A stretch of DNA of 64,000 nucleotides from Rhodosorus marinus CCMP1338 (lineage: Eukaryota > Plantae > Rhodophyta), in NCBI GenBank assembly GCA_029953675.1, contig JAMWBK010000006.1:2232001-2296000 (forward strand), read 5' to 3'. Positions 50,121 to 61,958 of this stretch are shown here, piece after piece (the stretch's first letter is position 1; each line of letters opens with the position of its first letter). The position numbers were made by a program, and so were the translations under genes. The notes beneath the pieces were generated by a model, which saw only the letters and a program-made list of their open reading frames with translations, did not search any database and was not told the DNA's origin.

Positions 50121-50690
50121 CCTCAAAACTGCAAACCACCTAGCTAGCTACCTCCTTCAGTCACTGCTCAGGCCGCAAACTCAGCAGACCTAGCTGCCAT
50201 CAGCCAACTGCTTTCTAGAATCCAAAATGCTTCCTCCCCTCTTCACCGCTCCCCGCAATCAAACCCGGCTCTCCACCAGAGATAGAGTCAGAAAAGGAAG
50301 TGGCCCTCATCAGCAGCCGAAATGGAATTCCAGTCAACATCGGGATTGAACGTGGTGCGCATGTCAAAATCGGAAAAGGCCCAGTGCCGATGATGATCCA
50401 AAAAGTCTAGTTTGTTCCGTTGTTGTGGAATCATCACCACAGCGTAGAAGGCTGCGGGATTGATTTGGGATCCTCAGGCGATCGATATGTTGTTGAGCCC
50501 TTTTTTCCTAACGTGGCGGGATGGGGAGTCTTCTACCTGAGCAGTCCCCTTTTTGCGTACCATTTTTCGCTTCGACCTTTCCTATTTTGCAGCAGTCTAG
50601 CTCAAACCAATACAATCTAGCCCGAATGAACTATCAGTAAGATTTTACTTCGGTTTGCCTTCTCCTGTTTAAAAGGACAACACGGTGCGG

Positions 50691-50724
50691 GGATTAGCTG
50701 GGGAACTGGGACCCCAGCTAATCC
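50691..50724. other. Perfect 13-bp stem-loop
   Basis: ggattagctgggg-aactggga-ccccagctaatcc. Confidence 0.8.
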
Positions 50725-51499
50725 GGTGCTCCGCCTCAGATCATACTAAGAGCTGCATACTAGGCGTACTCTCACGGGCACCGAATTCTGTACAAGAGCT
50801 TGCTGTTCTCACCGCAAAACTCCGCTGCGTCCTCCACTCCAACAACCCTCGACTCGAGCGCCTTGGATAGTATTCCGGCGTTACGAGCACCCTTCCCGGA
50901 CCCAGAAAAATGGTTAGAAGCAGGAATGACTTTCTACCAAGCTAAAACTTAATAAGTCGAGGATGGCCAACCGGTTTCGAGCAAAAAATGGTGTTTGAAG
51001 CACGTGGCTGTAGATTCATGGTTGCTGTAGCCAAGCTGCGGTATTGGTAGTCATTGGACCCAGTTCTCCGAATAGCAGTAGAAACTCGCGAGGTTGATTC
51101 AGGTACTCAAGCAGCATCTGTCCAAGACTCACCCTCCTGATAGCAGAGAAACTCGTGTCTGAAAGCTTTTCCCGCTGGGGTTACCAACCCTACGGCCGTC
51201 GCTCCCGCACATGCCGCTCCTTATCCAATCTAATGTTCCTATTTTGTCGGTGCTGAGCACCTTCTCGTCGACGACTCTCGCGAGTATTTCTGCTATCAGG
51301 AGGGTGAGTCTTGGACAGATGCTGTTTGGATACCTGAAGCAACCTTCCCAACCGACTCTTGGTCTCGACGCCGACTCTACCACTATTTGAATTAACCTAC
51401 GTCTTGTAAGGTTGTGTTGTTTCTTCGTCAACCTTCTATCTCTTTCTTTGCTCCCGCTCACTTTCGTTCTCTATTTCTTCTTTGAGTATGCTCTAGCTC

Positions 51500-51550
51500 G
51501 GAGATCGGAAGAAGCCCTGCAGTTCTAGCTGCAGGCTTCTTCCGATTTCC
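51500..51550. other. Long hairpin (~22-bp stem with one bulge and one G-U pair, 6-nt loop)
   Basis: ggagatcggaagaagccctgcag-ttctag-ctgcaggcttcttccgatttcc. Confidence 0.8.
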
Positions 51551-52876
51551 ATCTATCCTCAGTGCTTCTTTTCTCTGCTGAAGGTCGCCTTGGCCGTTGT
51601 CTCAGACCGTACCTAAGTAAAGACAGCCTGGTTCAAGAGTCTCAACAATATCAATTCAATGTGAACTCCAAATTGGATTTCAGTGAACATTCGCCTCTGT
51701 TGGGAAGGCTACTGCTCGTTGTTACGGTCGAGAGGCGTTGATCGAAGGAGGTTTCCCGTTGTTGGTATGTTAGAATCATCATCTATGTGGGAGTAGAGTT
51801 GTTTGTATTCGGAAGATATAGTGTGTGAGGCGGAGAAATGTGAGATCTGTGGAACACCATGGTACAGCGGGATCCGATAGGGTAGTCATTGTTTCGCGTT
51901 TACTGCGCAATTCCAGGAACCGCAATGAGGGAATTCTGAATCTTAAAGAGGCCCTTCGTCGTTTGTTTTATGGTCTAAAGAGGTTTGCTCCAATGAACAT
52001 AGAACCCGGTTTACCGACAGAGTCGGAATGCAACGTAGAACAAGCCCCTCGAAAGCTAACCGCGTTCTCACCAGTTCCATCTCGTGACCATACAGATCAA
52101 AAAGCAACCCAGCAAACCTAGATGACGCGCTGCGGCGCATCAAAATGGTTAATCATGCACACCCCAAAAACCCTCTTTCCATGCAATATTTAGTAAGGCG
52201 ACGGAAACCAAAACTATGCATTTCCTGCTTGTTTTCTATATATAGAATTTAAAATTTCCCACACGTCACAGTTACGTTCATACCTCTCGAACATGCACCC
52301 GATCCTATCTCAAATTCGGAAGTTAAGCTCGAACGGGCCTGGAGAGCACTGAGGTCAGGGATGACTCGGGAACGCCAGGTGACGTACCTTTTTCACTTTT
52401 TTGCTCAAATTTTTTTTTGTTCTGCATTCCAGCACGACGATCGGAAGTAAGTTCGTAGAACTGTGCGAGATCACTTCATGCACCTCAGTCTGGACAGAGT
52501 CGACTCGTGCTTGACAGTGTGCGGTTTTGGCCTGTTGCTTATGGTGACTGTTCATCTGGATGAGTGGAACTCTTTGATGAACACTGGGAAAGGGTAATTG
52601 ATAAAAGGCGGTTAGAAATTCTCTCAGAGGGGCCTGCTTTGCATGTCCTGCTCGAGGAGAGGAGGAGGGCGGACGTCGAAGATTTTTGATCCGAGATTCG
52701 CTCATGGCGATTCGATTATAGTCTTCTTAGTTGGACGGGAGCCGAACATGAATCGATGAGCCATGGTTGTTTTACGAATCAGCGAGCGTTGAGGCTTTCT
52801 CCAAGAATGAGTTTCTAGCAGGCTGATTTTGAGCTTGTGGTTAGACTAGAAAGGTGTGGAGGAGAAAGTGAAAGAC

Positions 52877-54864
52877 ATGGGAGGATCTTCTCGAAACTTG
52901 AAAGCAGAGAATGCGCATAAAGATGGAAGTGGTAGAACAAGATCTGAACGTCTGTCCAACGCCCATCCCGTAGTATATAGTGAGCTGGTTGACTCTCTCG
53001 CTGCAGATGAAGGCCATTGGTGTATGTTTTTACGGGATGGCGTAGAAGGAGACGTCAAGTTTGGGAAAACCATTAGGCGTTCGGAGTATGGAAGAGTTCC
53101 TCTCGGACCTGTCGTGGTGGAGGAGCAGGAGGAATTGCTAATGACATGGATTGAAACCAAGCTGGATATCAAACTGGATCATTCTCAACCTCTCGCGTAC
53201 GCGCTTACTAGTGGAATAGTTTTGAGATTTCTTACAAATGGCGAAGCGTGGGTTCCCTCCGCAACTCTCGAGGGACCATGGGAAGGGAACGACTCTGCTG
53301 AGACGCGCCTGGACAGGCGGGAGTTACGGAGGCTTAGGAGGCAGGAACGCAAGGACGGAGTAAAAGTGAAAGGGAGCAAAGCGTTTCTTCGATCTATGGG
53401 AGTCTGGGAAGAAAGGAGAATACCCCTTCCGTACTCCTACTACACCTGCGTAAGGGGGATCTCTCTGTTCCTTCAGCACCTGCGCAATATCGGCATGGAT
53501 TCCAATGAGATGTTCGAATTCGACGATTTACTGTACTATAGAAACATTCCAAAAGTGATGAGATGCATCGCCGCATATGCGAGGAAGACGGACTACGAAA
53601 ATTTTGCCCAAATCGCGAATCAAGTGCCTGGAGCGGTTCTGAATTGGACTCAGGAAGATGAACCCAATGAGAGATGGGAGAATGACCGAATGCTTTCAGA
53701 TCTCGTCTTGGCGTTCAAGAAGGCGTCCACGAAGAAGCGCCTGAGTGTTTTGGTAGCCGGGGCAATGGGCAGCGGTAAAAGCGCGACCATTGAGACCATT
53801 ATGGGAAGAAGGTCAATGGCCCATCGACACAAGCTCAACTTGATTACTGAGGATTACCACTTCACTCCCGAAGAGATTCTAGAAAGAAAAAAAAAGCGCG
53901 ATCTTATGAGCGATCCGCTCCTGAGGTTTAAATTGGATGCTGGAAAAAACCCCAACGCGGAAGTATCCAAAATTTATACGAAAATGCATGGAATCGCAGT
54001 CTCAATTACCGAAGTTCCCGGTATGGAAGAGTACATTGCAGGGTCAGCCGATGGGAACTGTCTTATACGTGCACGAGCGGGAGATTTTGAGGGCGTGCGG
54101 AAGTCAATTGCTCATGACAGGTTCGAGCCCTGGATGTCCTACTTTGATCCTAAGAGGTGGCCCTGATTCCGTTTGGGATCTGAACTCTCCGTTTCCCCTC
54201 ACAGGTACGACCTAGTCCTTGTTGTTGACCGAATAGATGACTACAACCCAAATCGTACTTTAACAGCGTGTAGAAGTCTTTCCGCATTATTTGGGCCGCG
54301 AGTCTTTGACTACTGTTTGTTCATCTTTACGCACGGATCTTCTCTCCCGCCTGCGGATTTGACGTACACTGAGCACCGATCACGCTGCGTGCAAGCCTCC
54401 CTGGAGGTTGCGAACAAGGTATGTTGACTGCACGCAATCACTTTGAGTAAATCAACCCCAGCGCGTAGTAGCGGAGGACTGATGCTTCTGGAGCTTGCTC
54501 TGGAAAATCAGTTTGCTGCAGGTGCAGGTGGTCAATTGTTTCCATCTGCAGTAATCGAAAACAGCAAGTCCTGCCCACAGGACAGTAAGACCGGAAGCCC
54601 GATCCTGCCGGACGGATCAGACTTCCTCCCCCGCCTTCATCGAGCTATGGAGACAGTCCTGCTCTCTCAGCACGGATTGCCTTCGCTCGTGCCCGTAAGC
54701 ACTTCAAAAATACGTTCTCCTGCTGGCGATGGTTTCGCGAAGGCCTCTTCTCACCGACCCTTGCTGTTGTGCCTGTCAACAAATGTCAGAAACGAAAACG
54801 ACCTTGGTGGGAGTCTTGGGTTCTCGGGGGCGTGGCGTTGTGGATAGTTACCTTTGGGCTCTAA
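52877..54864 (+). CDS. Calponin-homology domain fused to a Toc34/Toc159-type (AIG1-like) GTPase with C-terminal hydrophobic anchor; 3' end may extend
   Basis: CH domain: 'LLMTWIETKL...LAYALTSGIVL...RGISLFLQHLRNIGM...FEFDDLL..RNIPKVMRCI'. GTPase: 'VLVAGAMGSGKSATIETIMG', 'ITEVPG', 'DLVLVVDRIDDY', 'LFGPRVFDYCLFIFTHG..LPPADLTY', 'VIENSKSC...ILPDGSDFLPRL'. Tail: 'KRKRPWWESWVLGGVALWIV'. Confidence 0.8.
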
Positions 54865-56231
54865 GCCCCCCAAAATTCTTGCCTCACTAATCTTACTGTA
54901 CAGAAACAGGATTGAACAGAAGGAAATTCGAATACTGAACGCATTCGCTACCTTTCTTGCCAATACTCACCCTATTCAACTCACGTGCAGGAGAGAATCT
55001 GTTCGACTTCCATACGTGTAGAGTCTCCAAGCAGAGGCTCTGCCTTCAGGCAATCAGGGTCAACTTAGGCCCTCCCCTTGCCAAAACACCTCGCCAGTTC
55101 AAGGAGCCTTTGGGAAGAGCGAGCGATCAAGGGGCTCCTCCGGGTTGGACTCCCGTCCCTTTCCGTGCTTAGTGGCTCCTAAAAACCTTCCCTCGTCCAG
55201 CCGTTCCGCATAGACTTGGAGAACAGAAAAACAGCAGAGGATAGATACTCGCGCGGTCTTGTACTGAAATGGAGTTCTCCTGTGCTTCGTCTCTACCTGG
55301 CTTTCAAACCTCGGCACTCTACAGACCTCCGAAGTCCAGTGCTGAGAAATATCTTCGGCTCCGATCAAGATTAGTCTACTGCGTTAAAAGGTGGGAGTGG
55401 GGTTCATGTGCAAGAATTTTAAGTTCAGACGCATGTCAAGCATCCGCAAACGCGGAAAGGGCCTCCATATCCAGGCCCACGAACACCCAGCGTGCTTCCG
55501 TTCCGCACCCGTGCTTTGCCCTTGAAGACTTTAGTGTCAGCACGAAAAAGATTGATTCAATCAAAAATATTTGACTGAATTCAATCGACAAAATGAGCGG
55601 GGGGTTGTTGCCTACAAGAGCGGGAACAGGACAGACGACACTCTCGGACTCTTAGCATCGTTTCTGGAGTTCGTGAAGGACTCTTTAGGCTTGTTGCTCT
55701 TCTGTTCGCTTCATTTGTTCGGAAAAATGTCACGGAAAACTCGTCGAACTAAACGGCCAGGCCATTCTCCCGATGCTTGATGCACACGGTGGGTTGGGAG
55801 GCCGGGAGATCTCCCGATTACCGCGTGGACGTGTAGATACTTTGGGTGCATACCCTCGAGTCTGCTTCACTACGCAGCTCCCCGCAATGAATACTCCTGA
55901 TGTACCAATTGAAGCGAGTAGTGTGTTTTCTGATACTCGTGCCGTGTGAAAGTCCGTCATCGATTTCGCAGGGGAGTCTGTTCATCACCTGGCTTAGCCA
56001 ACAATCCAGCAAGCATCATAGAGGGAATTGTAACGGAGGGTTCGGTAAGGTCTGGAGCAGATTTTCCAGCCTAAGGCAGGACGTGGATCAAAATCTGGTC
56101 TGGGTCTATGGTTTTCAGACTACTTACTGGGAACTGGTCTTGGGGATACACTTGACTGAGCTGGGGTGCGAGCCGTACTGGTCTTGCTACAGGGCAACAT
56201 TCCCTGCGTTTGGTTTTCCTTTTTTAATACA

Positions 56232-57530
56232 ATGAGTCGGAGGGAAGTGCAGACTTTGAGAGCTGGTTCTCGCAATTTGCTGGCACCAGACGTGCCTGAA
56301 GATTGCCGTTCTGAAACGTTCCAGAGAAGCAAGCGAAGCGGTCGTCTGTGCATGCCTGTGCTCCAGTTCTGGAGAAATGAAACTGTTGAAAGGTCCCTAG
56401 TTGGAGTGATTGGGGTAACACGGCCTGGAACTCAAGATTTTAATAGCGATGAGCTAAAGAGAATACGAAACAGTGGTGAACTAGAACACTCAAGTAAAAG
56501 CTCTCTGACGCCAGTTGGCTCAGCTGGTAGGAAACATGAACGTGAGACGGCATCAGTTACTGGGAGGGTGCGGTCAGGTGAGATTGAGGTGGGAAGCCCA
56601 GCACATCAGAGCAAGCTTGGGGCCAAATCTGCAGAGGAGAGTGGATTGACCGGTTCTGGTATTGACCGTAGAAAAGAATCAATTGGATGGAGATCACATC
56701 GCCGCGAACCGACATCCGAGCATTCCGATCAGAGACGGCATGTGACCAAAAGACGGAGGCGAGGGGTGGGACGAATAGCAGCGACTGAGGGAGAAGGCCC
56801 AAGCGACCTGGATCAATTCAGACGCGGCCGGTTTCTGCGAAAGCGAAATAGAATAGCCCCTCCCGTGGCCTCCACAAGCAACCGAACAGAAAGCCAGACG
56901 TCCGTGACAAGGCTCAAACCCGGAAGTCCTGAGCAAATTCCGCCTAATTTCACACCTCGAAACCAATACCGGAGGCCTTTCAATGGACACGAGAATGATC
57001 TGCATCTCCGCCACGGAATGGTTAGCCTGACCCCGACTACGTCCTCACTAACCTTGCGAACTCCAGAATCTGATAACAATCGATGCATGAAGCGATCGGA
57101 GGACAATGCTGCAGTAATCATCGGCCCTCCGTCTGTGCTGGATGCCACACCGCCCAGCGTATTAATTGAAACATGCAAAGATGGAAGCGATGAAAAGAAT
57201 GACTTGGCTGGAGAGGAACCTGTAACAATAGGCCCTCCTCCAGCCCTTGATGTCAGGCCCATATTTGTTTCTGTTCAGACGGTGAAGCAAACCGACAGAC
57301 TGGCGCATAGCCACACGTCAAAGGGTTGTGTCCCGGAGCCCGAAGCTGAACGAGGCAGGCGATCGATTATCCGCGACAGGCTAAGAATCCTCTTCGAACA
57401 TGTCAAGTCTGCTGTTCGCCGACACCCAAACTCGAATCTACTCATTGAAACCAGTCGCTCTCCGAATTGCAATCACGGCGGAAACGTACCAGGTGAGATC
57501 TCTGAGAGCGATGAGGAAAGCTTCAGATGA
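56232..57530 (+). CDS. Hypothetical low-complexity, R/S-rich disordered protein (may continue into downstream exons)
   Basis: 432-codon ATG-initiated open frame with an internal duplicated motif 'IGPPSVLD'/'IGPPPALD'. Confidence 0.6.
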   Translation: MSRREVQTLRAGSRNLLAPDVPEDCRSETFQRSKRSGRLCMPVLQFWRNETVERSLVGVIGVTRPGTQDFNSDELKRIRNSGELEHSSKSSLTPVGSAGRKHERETASVTGRVRSGEIEVGSPAHQSKLGAKSAEESGLTGSGIDRRKESIGWRSHRREPTSEHSDQRRHVTKRRRRGVGRIAATEGEGPSDLDQFRRGRFLRKRNRIAPPVASTSNRTESQTSVTRLKPGSPEQIPPNFTPRNQYRRPFNGHENDLHLRHGMVSLTPTTSSLTLRTPESDNNRCMKRSEDNAAVIIGPPSVLDATPPSVLIETCKDGSDEKNDLAGEEPVTIGPPPALDVRPIFVSVQTVKQTDRLAHSHTSKGCVPEPEAERGRRSIIRDRLRILFEHVKSAVRRHPNSNLLIETSRSPNCNHGGNVPGEISESDEESFR

Positions 57531-57680
57531 GACAACCTAGACCCCGGTTCCAGGACGCGTCAGTACTAGTGACCTCTACTGGTTCTATCTTTGAACGGAT
57601 GAACTCTCACCTGAAGGTCAGGCCTACATGCGCCTATTTTAACGTCAAGAATAAAGACGACCCCGACTGAACACTGTTTA

Positions 57681-58993
57681 ATGGAACTGTTTAAACTGTT
57701 CGAAACCTTGTGTTTGAAAGCCTATGGCTCAAGATGTGATCACCAAACGGAGCTACTGGAACAAGCGGCCACAACCCTGGCGTTGATGAGCTACATGCGC
57801 CAAAAAATGGAGCATGTGAACAACGTCACTCGTGTCCTGAGCATGTCAGGCTTTCTAGCTCGGCACCAGGCCGTTGTGGGACACACGCTGCGTTCGCTCC
57901 GGTGTCGAGGACTCTCCTTGGAAATGCAATCTTGCTCGACAAAAGTAGAAGATTCCCGTTCCCCAGGACTGCCTGCTGAGTCTGTGTGAGTCGTTTGAGC
58001 TCCACATCGAACTACTGCGGGCCCGCGCTTGGATGGAGGAGAATCGGTCAATTGCGATACTGGATCCGTGCTCCTCGTTCACATGATCAGGGCCACAAAC
58101 AGGGAGGCCAGTATATTGAACGGCCAATCGCAACTATTCAGATGAATTTGTATGCAAATGTGATCTGCTCACGAGAGAGTTACGTTCTGAATCCTCTCGT
58201 GCTGAAGTACGACATACGTCTATCCCGTAGCACTGTCTAGCCGTGCTACTATGGCTACAAAGCCAGGCGTCAAGAATCACAGCTGGTTGGGTCCTATTAC
58301 TCATCTGCTCTCGCTTGTTAAACTACGTACCGTGTTTACCACACTCCTAAGCATTTCGATCCCGATCCTGCGCGCGCGCCGCGGGTTTGGGAGCGTTTCT
58401 AGCTTGCTCTCCTTCTCTTTGGGGCTTGCCTCTGTAAAATGAACAGGCTACTATGTTGGATGCCGTCTTTGTACAAGAAGCCGGTTCATACCGCCGTCAC
58501 ACGGGAAATCTTGAAGGTTGATCGTCCACCACTTCCAGTTTCCACTTGTGGCGTCGGCTGGAATTTTCCACGAAAAAGTCCAATCAAGATGTGCTTTTGG
58601 GTGCTCATGCCTCAGTGCAGAAAGTGGTCTACACCTCTGCTTTCAGCATTCTTTCAAAACGATTATTTCGTTGCCGAGCTCCTGAAGTTCCAATTGTCCA
58701 GTTCAAGACCGAGGTTTTTCAATTCAGAACTGTCTTGCTTGCACCAACAGATTCCTGACAGACCGGTGTCGACTAACAAGAACGCGACGACCGAGTGCGA
58801 AAAATCCGTTTCTGAAGAAGAAGATATTCCCTTCAACTTGTCCTCAGGCCTGGGATCTTCAGAGAAACTCTGTCAGTTTCTCCCATACTGCTCTGGACGA
58901 ATGATCTACCAATTCATCGACTATAGGGAGACGAACTCCTCCCCCATTAGTTGTTCTCATTTATGGAGCGATCCAGCCAAGTCTCACACCTGA
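57681..58993 (+). CDS. Probable additional coding exons of unknown product
   Basis: Open frames 57681-57989 and 58439-58993 look globular-protein-like; the splicing was not resolved and no family was recognised. Confidence 0.25.
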
Positions 58994-60619
58994 CTATTGC
59001 CCAGACTTCAATCTTGCCCCATTTTTTTTAACGCCAATCCATTGTTCAGCAACTAAGTCTACTCAATCTAATGTACCTCAAAAAAACCATACTCTCATCG
59101 AATTGAACAAGATCTCCTATACAAGTCAACTCATAATGACTGAAATTGTTCAGATATGCTGATAGCAACTGTGTGAGGGTATATCGTCAATCATTCCCCT
59201 AATCATATTCCCCGTGGCAACTACACGCATAGTAGGTATTCAACACCGACCCAGCCCAAAGTTTTTTCTTGTTCTACGGGTAGGGATATTGAGAGACGGT
59301 TTCTAATTAAGATTATCCACATCCCCCGACTCGGAACTGATCAACTAGGTTCTCTTGTGTATATTCAATATCATGCAGAGTTTGTTTCATTTTTCTACGG
59401 GTAGGTATATTTACCCGCTGTTTCCGATTAGAAATATTCAGCACCCCACCCCACCCCCCACTGCTCGAATTCCAAATCCGTAGGCTCTGCGACACGCCCC
59501 ACCAGTTGATGTGCATCCAAAATTCTCCACATGGACGAGTACCCCATTCCCCTGCCTAGAAAAACCAAAAAATAAAATAAAATACGAGTTTGTCTCGAGA
59601 GCTTCAGTCAATTTTCCTTGACAATTCGTAAGGTCAGAAAACTCTTAAATTATTTCCAATATATTGTACGTAGTTTACATAAAACAAAACATTTTGTTTG
59701 TTTGATTGTATTTAGAAAGGTTGATGTGTTTTTAACCAATCACTAGATGAGAGGGAGAAATTTACCCAATCAAATCTAGGTTTCCAGTCCCGAAGCTTGT
59801 TCTCATTTCGTTTTGATTATTTTAATAAAATAGAAGTTGGACAGTTTTTACTTTCTGCCAGTCACTCACAGAGGTTGAAGGCCCCAAGGGGAGGGGGGAG
59901 AGATGTGAATAAGCCTAATCTGAACTTTGGGTAAAAATACCCTACCGGTAAAAATATGAAACAAAACCTGTACTACTGTATAAAGAGGAGAAGTTATTGA
60001 TCATTTTCTACCTCGGAGTCGGGGGGGTTGGGGAAGGTGAAATTTCTTAGTTGGAAACCCTCAGTGAAATCCCCCCCCCTAGCCTTAGGCAATAAAGAAA
60101 CAAAAACTTTGATAGTGAATACATGAAAATTTATTCATCAATTCTACCTCGGGGTATAGAACATGAGGATGATCGTCTTTATATAGATTGTATAAGAGAG
60201 GCCGTCGAACCAGTTCTTGGAAGGATATATACCATATATTATTTGTTTTTAAATTTTTTTGTGTGATCATTACCGTTTTAATGTATTTTTGTGGCCAGAA
60301 TGGAATTAGTTGAGAAAATGATGGGGGTGAAAGATTACCAACGCGGATGGATGGTGCATGTTGGGAGGGATAAATACTAAGACAGGGGTCAGGGTAGTGA
60401 ATGTCTATTACAAGTTTAGGTGTGTATGGAGCGAAAGGCATGGGCAGTTGAGACTTCCGGTCAGGGGCTAGAAGGGGGTTGTGGTAGGAGACTCGCAGTG
60501 TACTGTTGGGATTGGAAAACAATGGTCGTTGAGTACTGTGGACATGGTGAACGATTCTTTGGCGCGCCCCTGTTGAGTTAACTAGGTGAGGGCTGAGGGC
60601 ATGTAGTTGGAAGCGGAGA

Positions 60620-61958
60620 ATGGTGTCGCCATCGGAAGGGAGAGATTCAAAGTCTACTGGGACTAATGATTGTGATGATGATTCTCCGGAGAGGGGAATG
60701 ATGGATCAGGAGGTGAGAAAACTGAAAACTGCTCAGCTTCAGGCTGAAAGCACTGAGAATTGACGATGGGATTGTTTGTTTTGTCTTTAAAGGAGGCGCG
60801 AAAATCAAATAGAAGATCCAACCAGAGAAGGCACACGCACAATTCTCGGGAGAAACTGAATGTGAAATTCAAGGAGCTCAGCCGGTTTGTTGCCCCGAAC
60901 GTTTCCCAGTCTGGCTCTCCCTCAAGCAACAAAACACACAAGTCAAAAATTATCAGTGATGCGATACAGATGTATAATAACCTCGTCAAGAAAAGAGAGG
61001 CTCTGGAGACGGAGCTTGCGTTCTCAAGCTTGGAAAAACTTGAAGAATGGATCACCAAGGTGCGAGTTTCCTATCTGAGCTGCTACCTAACCTTTCGTCG
61101 ACTCATATGCGCGACCATGGTCTTACGATCCTCGCAGACTGTAGAAAAGAAGCAAGAAGATCTCAACGAGATATTGGAGGATATCGTCAGGGTCTTCTGC
61201 GTCAAGCAGGAGTGGATCTTAGGAGAAGTATGGGCTCCAGAAATGGCTGTCGACAAGGTCGTGTTGAAACGCGCAAAGAGCGTGAAGAATCCATGCTGTG
61301 AGAGAGATGAAACATTGTTCATAGAAGAGTAAGTTGGAGACTCATGGCTTAAGTCGAAGATTGTGGAAATCATTCTTTTGCTGAGAGCCGAGGTTTAAAT
61401 AGGTTCATCGAGCATGGCAACGTCCATCAATACGAGCCTCCAACTGGCCCCCAGGGGAGAGCGTACCAGACCCTTCGTCCTGAATGGTATAACATCTTCC
61501 CGAATTGTCCAGTGTTTTTTGTCCTGTGTGAGAGCCTGAAGATAGTCGTATGTGTCTATCCCAAAAAGGCTATCTGACCTCAACGACCCGACGATATTTC
61601 CGGCTGGTGAGACGGCAAGACATTCTGGAATCAACACCGCCTGCAGCATTCCGGTGAAAAGTGAAATCTGTAATCCTCCAATTTTGGCTGTCGTGATGTT
61701 TTATAGTGGGGAGGCACTGCCTTTCGATGCAGCGAAGCTCTCGTTAGCAGGTGAGATTCAGGGCCAGAGTGTTTTGTTGCCATCTAGGCCCTTCATGATG
61801 CCGTGATTCTAACGGTTGTCCGCCCGAATTCGTTATCGAAACCCACCGTAGAAGACGTTTTGAAATCGGTGGTCAACTGCTATGAGACGCGTAAAATGTT
61901 TGCTCAGTCGAACATAGCAGAGCAGACCCAGCAGCAACAGGACAACGCAAACCCGTAG
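60620..61958 (+). CDS. bHLH transcription factor with C-terminal GAF-like domain, multi-exon
   Basis: HLH: 'RRHTHNSREKLNVKFKELSRFVAP...KSKIISDAIQMYNNL'. GAF-like: 'WILGEVWAP', 'GPQGRAYQTLRPEW|LSDL', 'ARHSGINTACSIPV', 'LAVVMFYS'. Introns begin at ~60713, 61060, 61330, 61486 and 61751. Confidence 0.75.

Noticed and set aside
60085-60522. 145-aa minus-strand ORF upstream of the bHLH gene
   Set aside because: It has a non-ATG start, lies in an AT-rich promoter/leader region and has no recognisable motifs.
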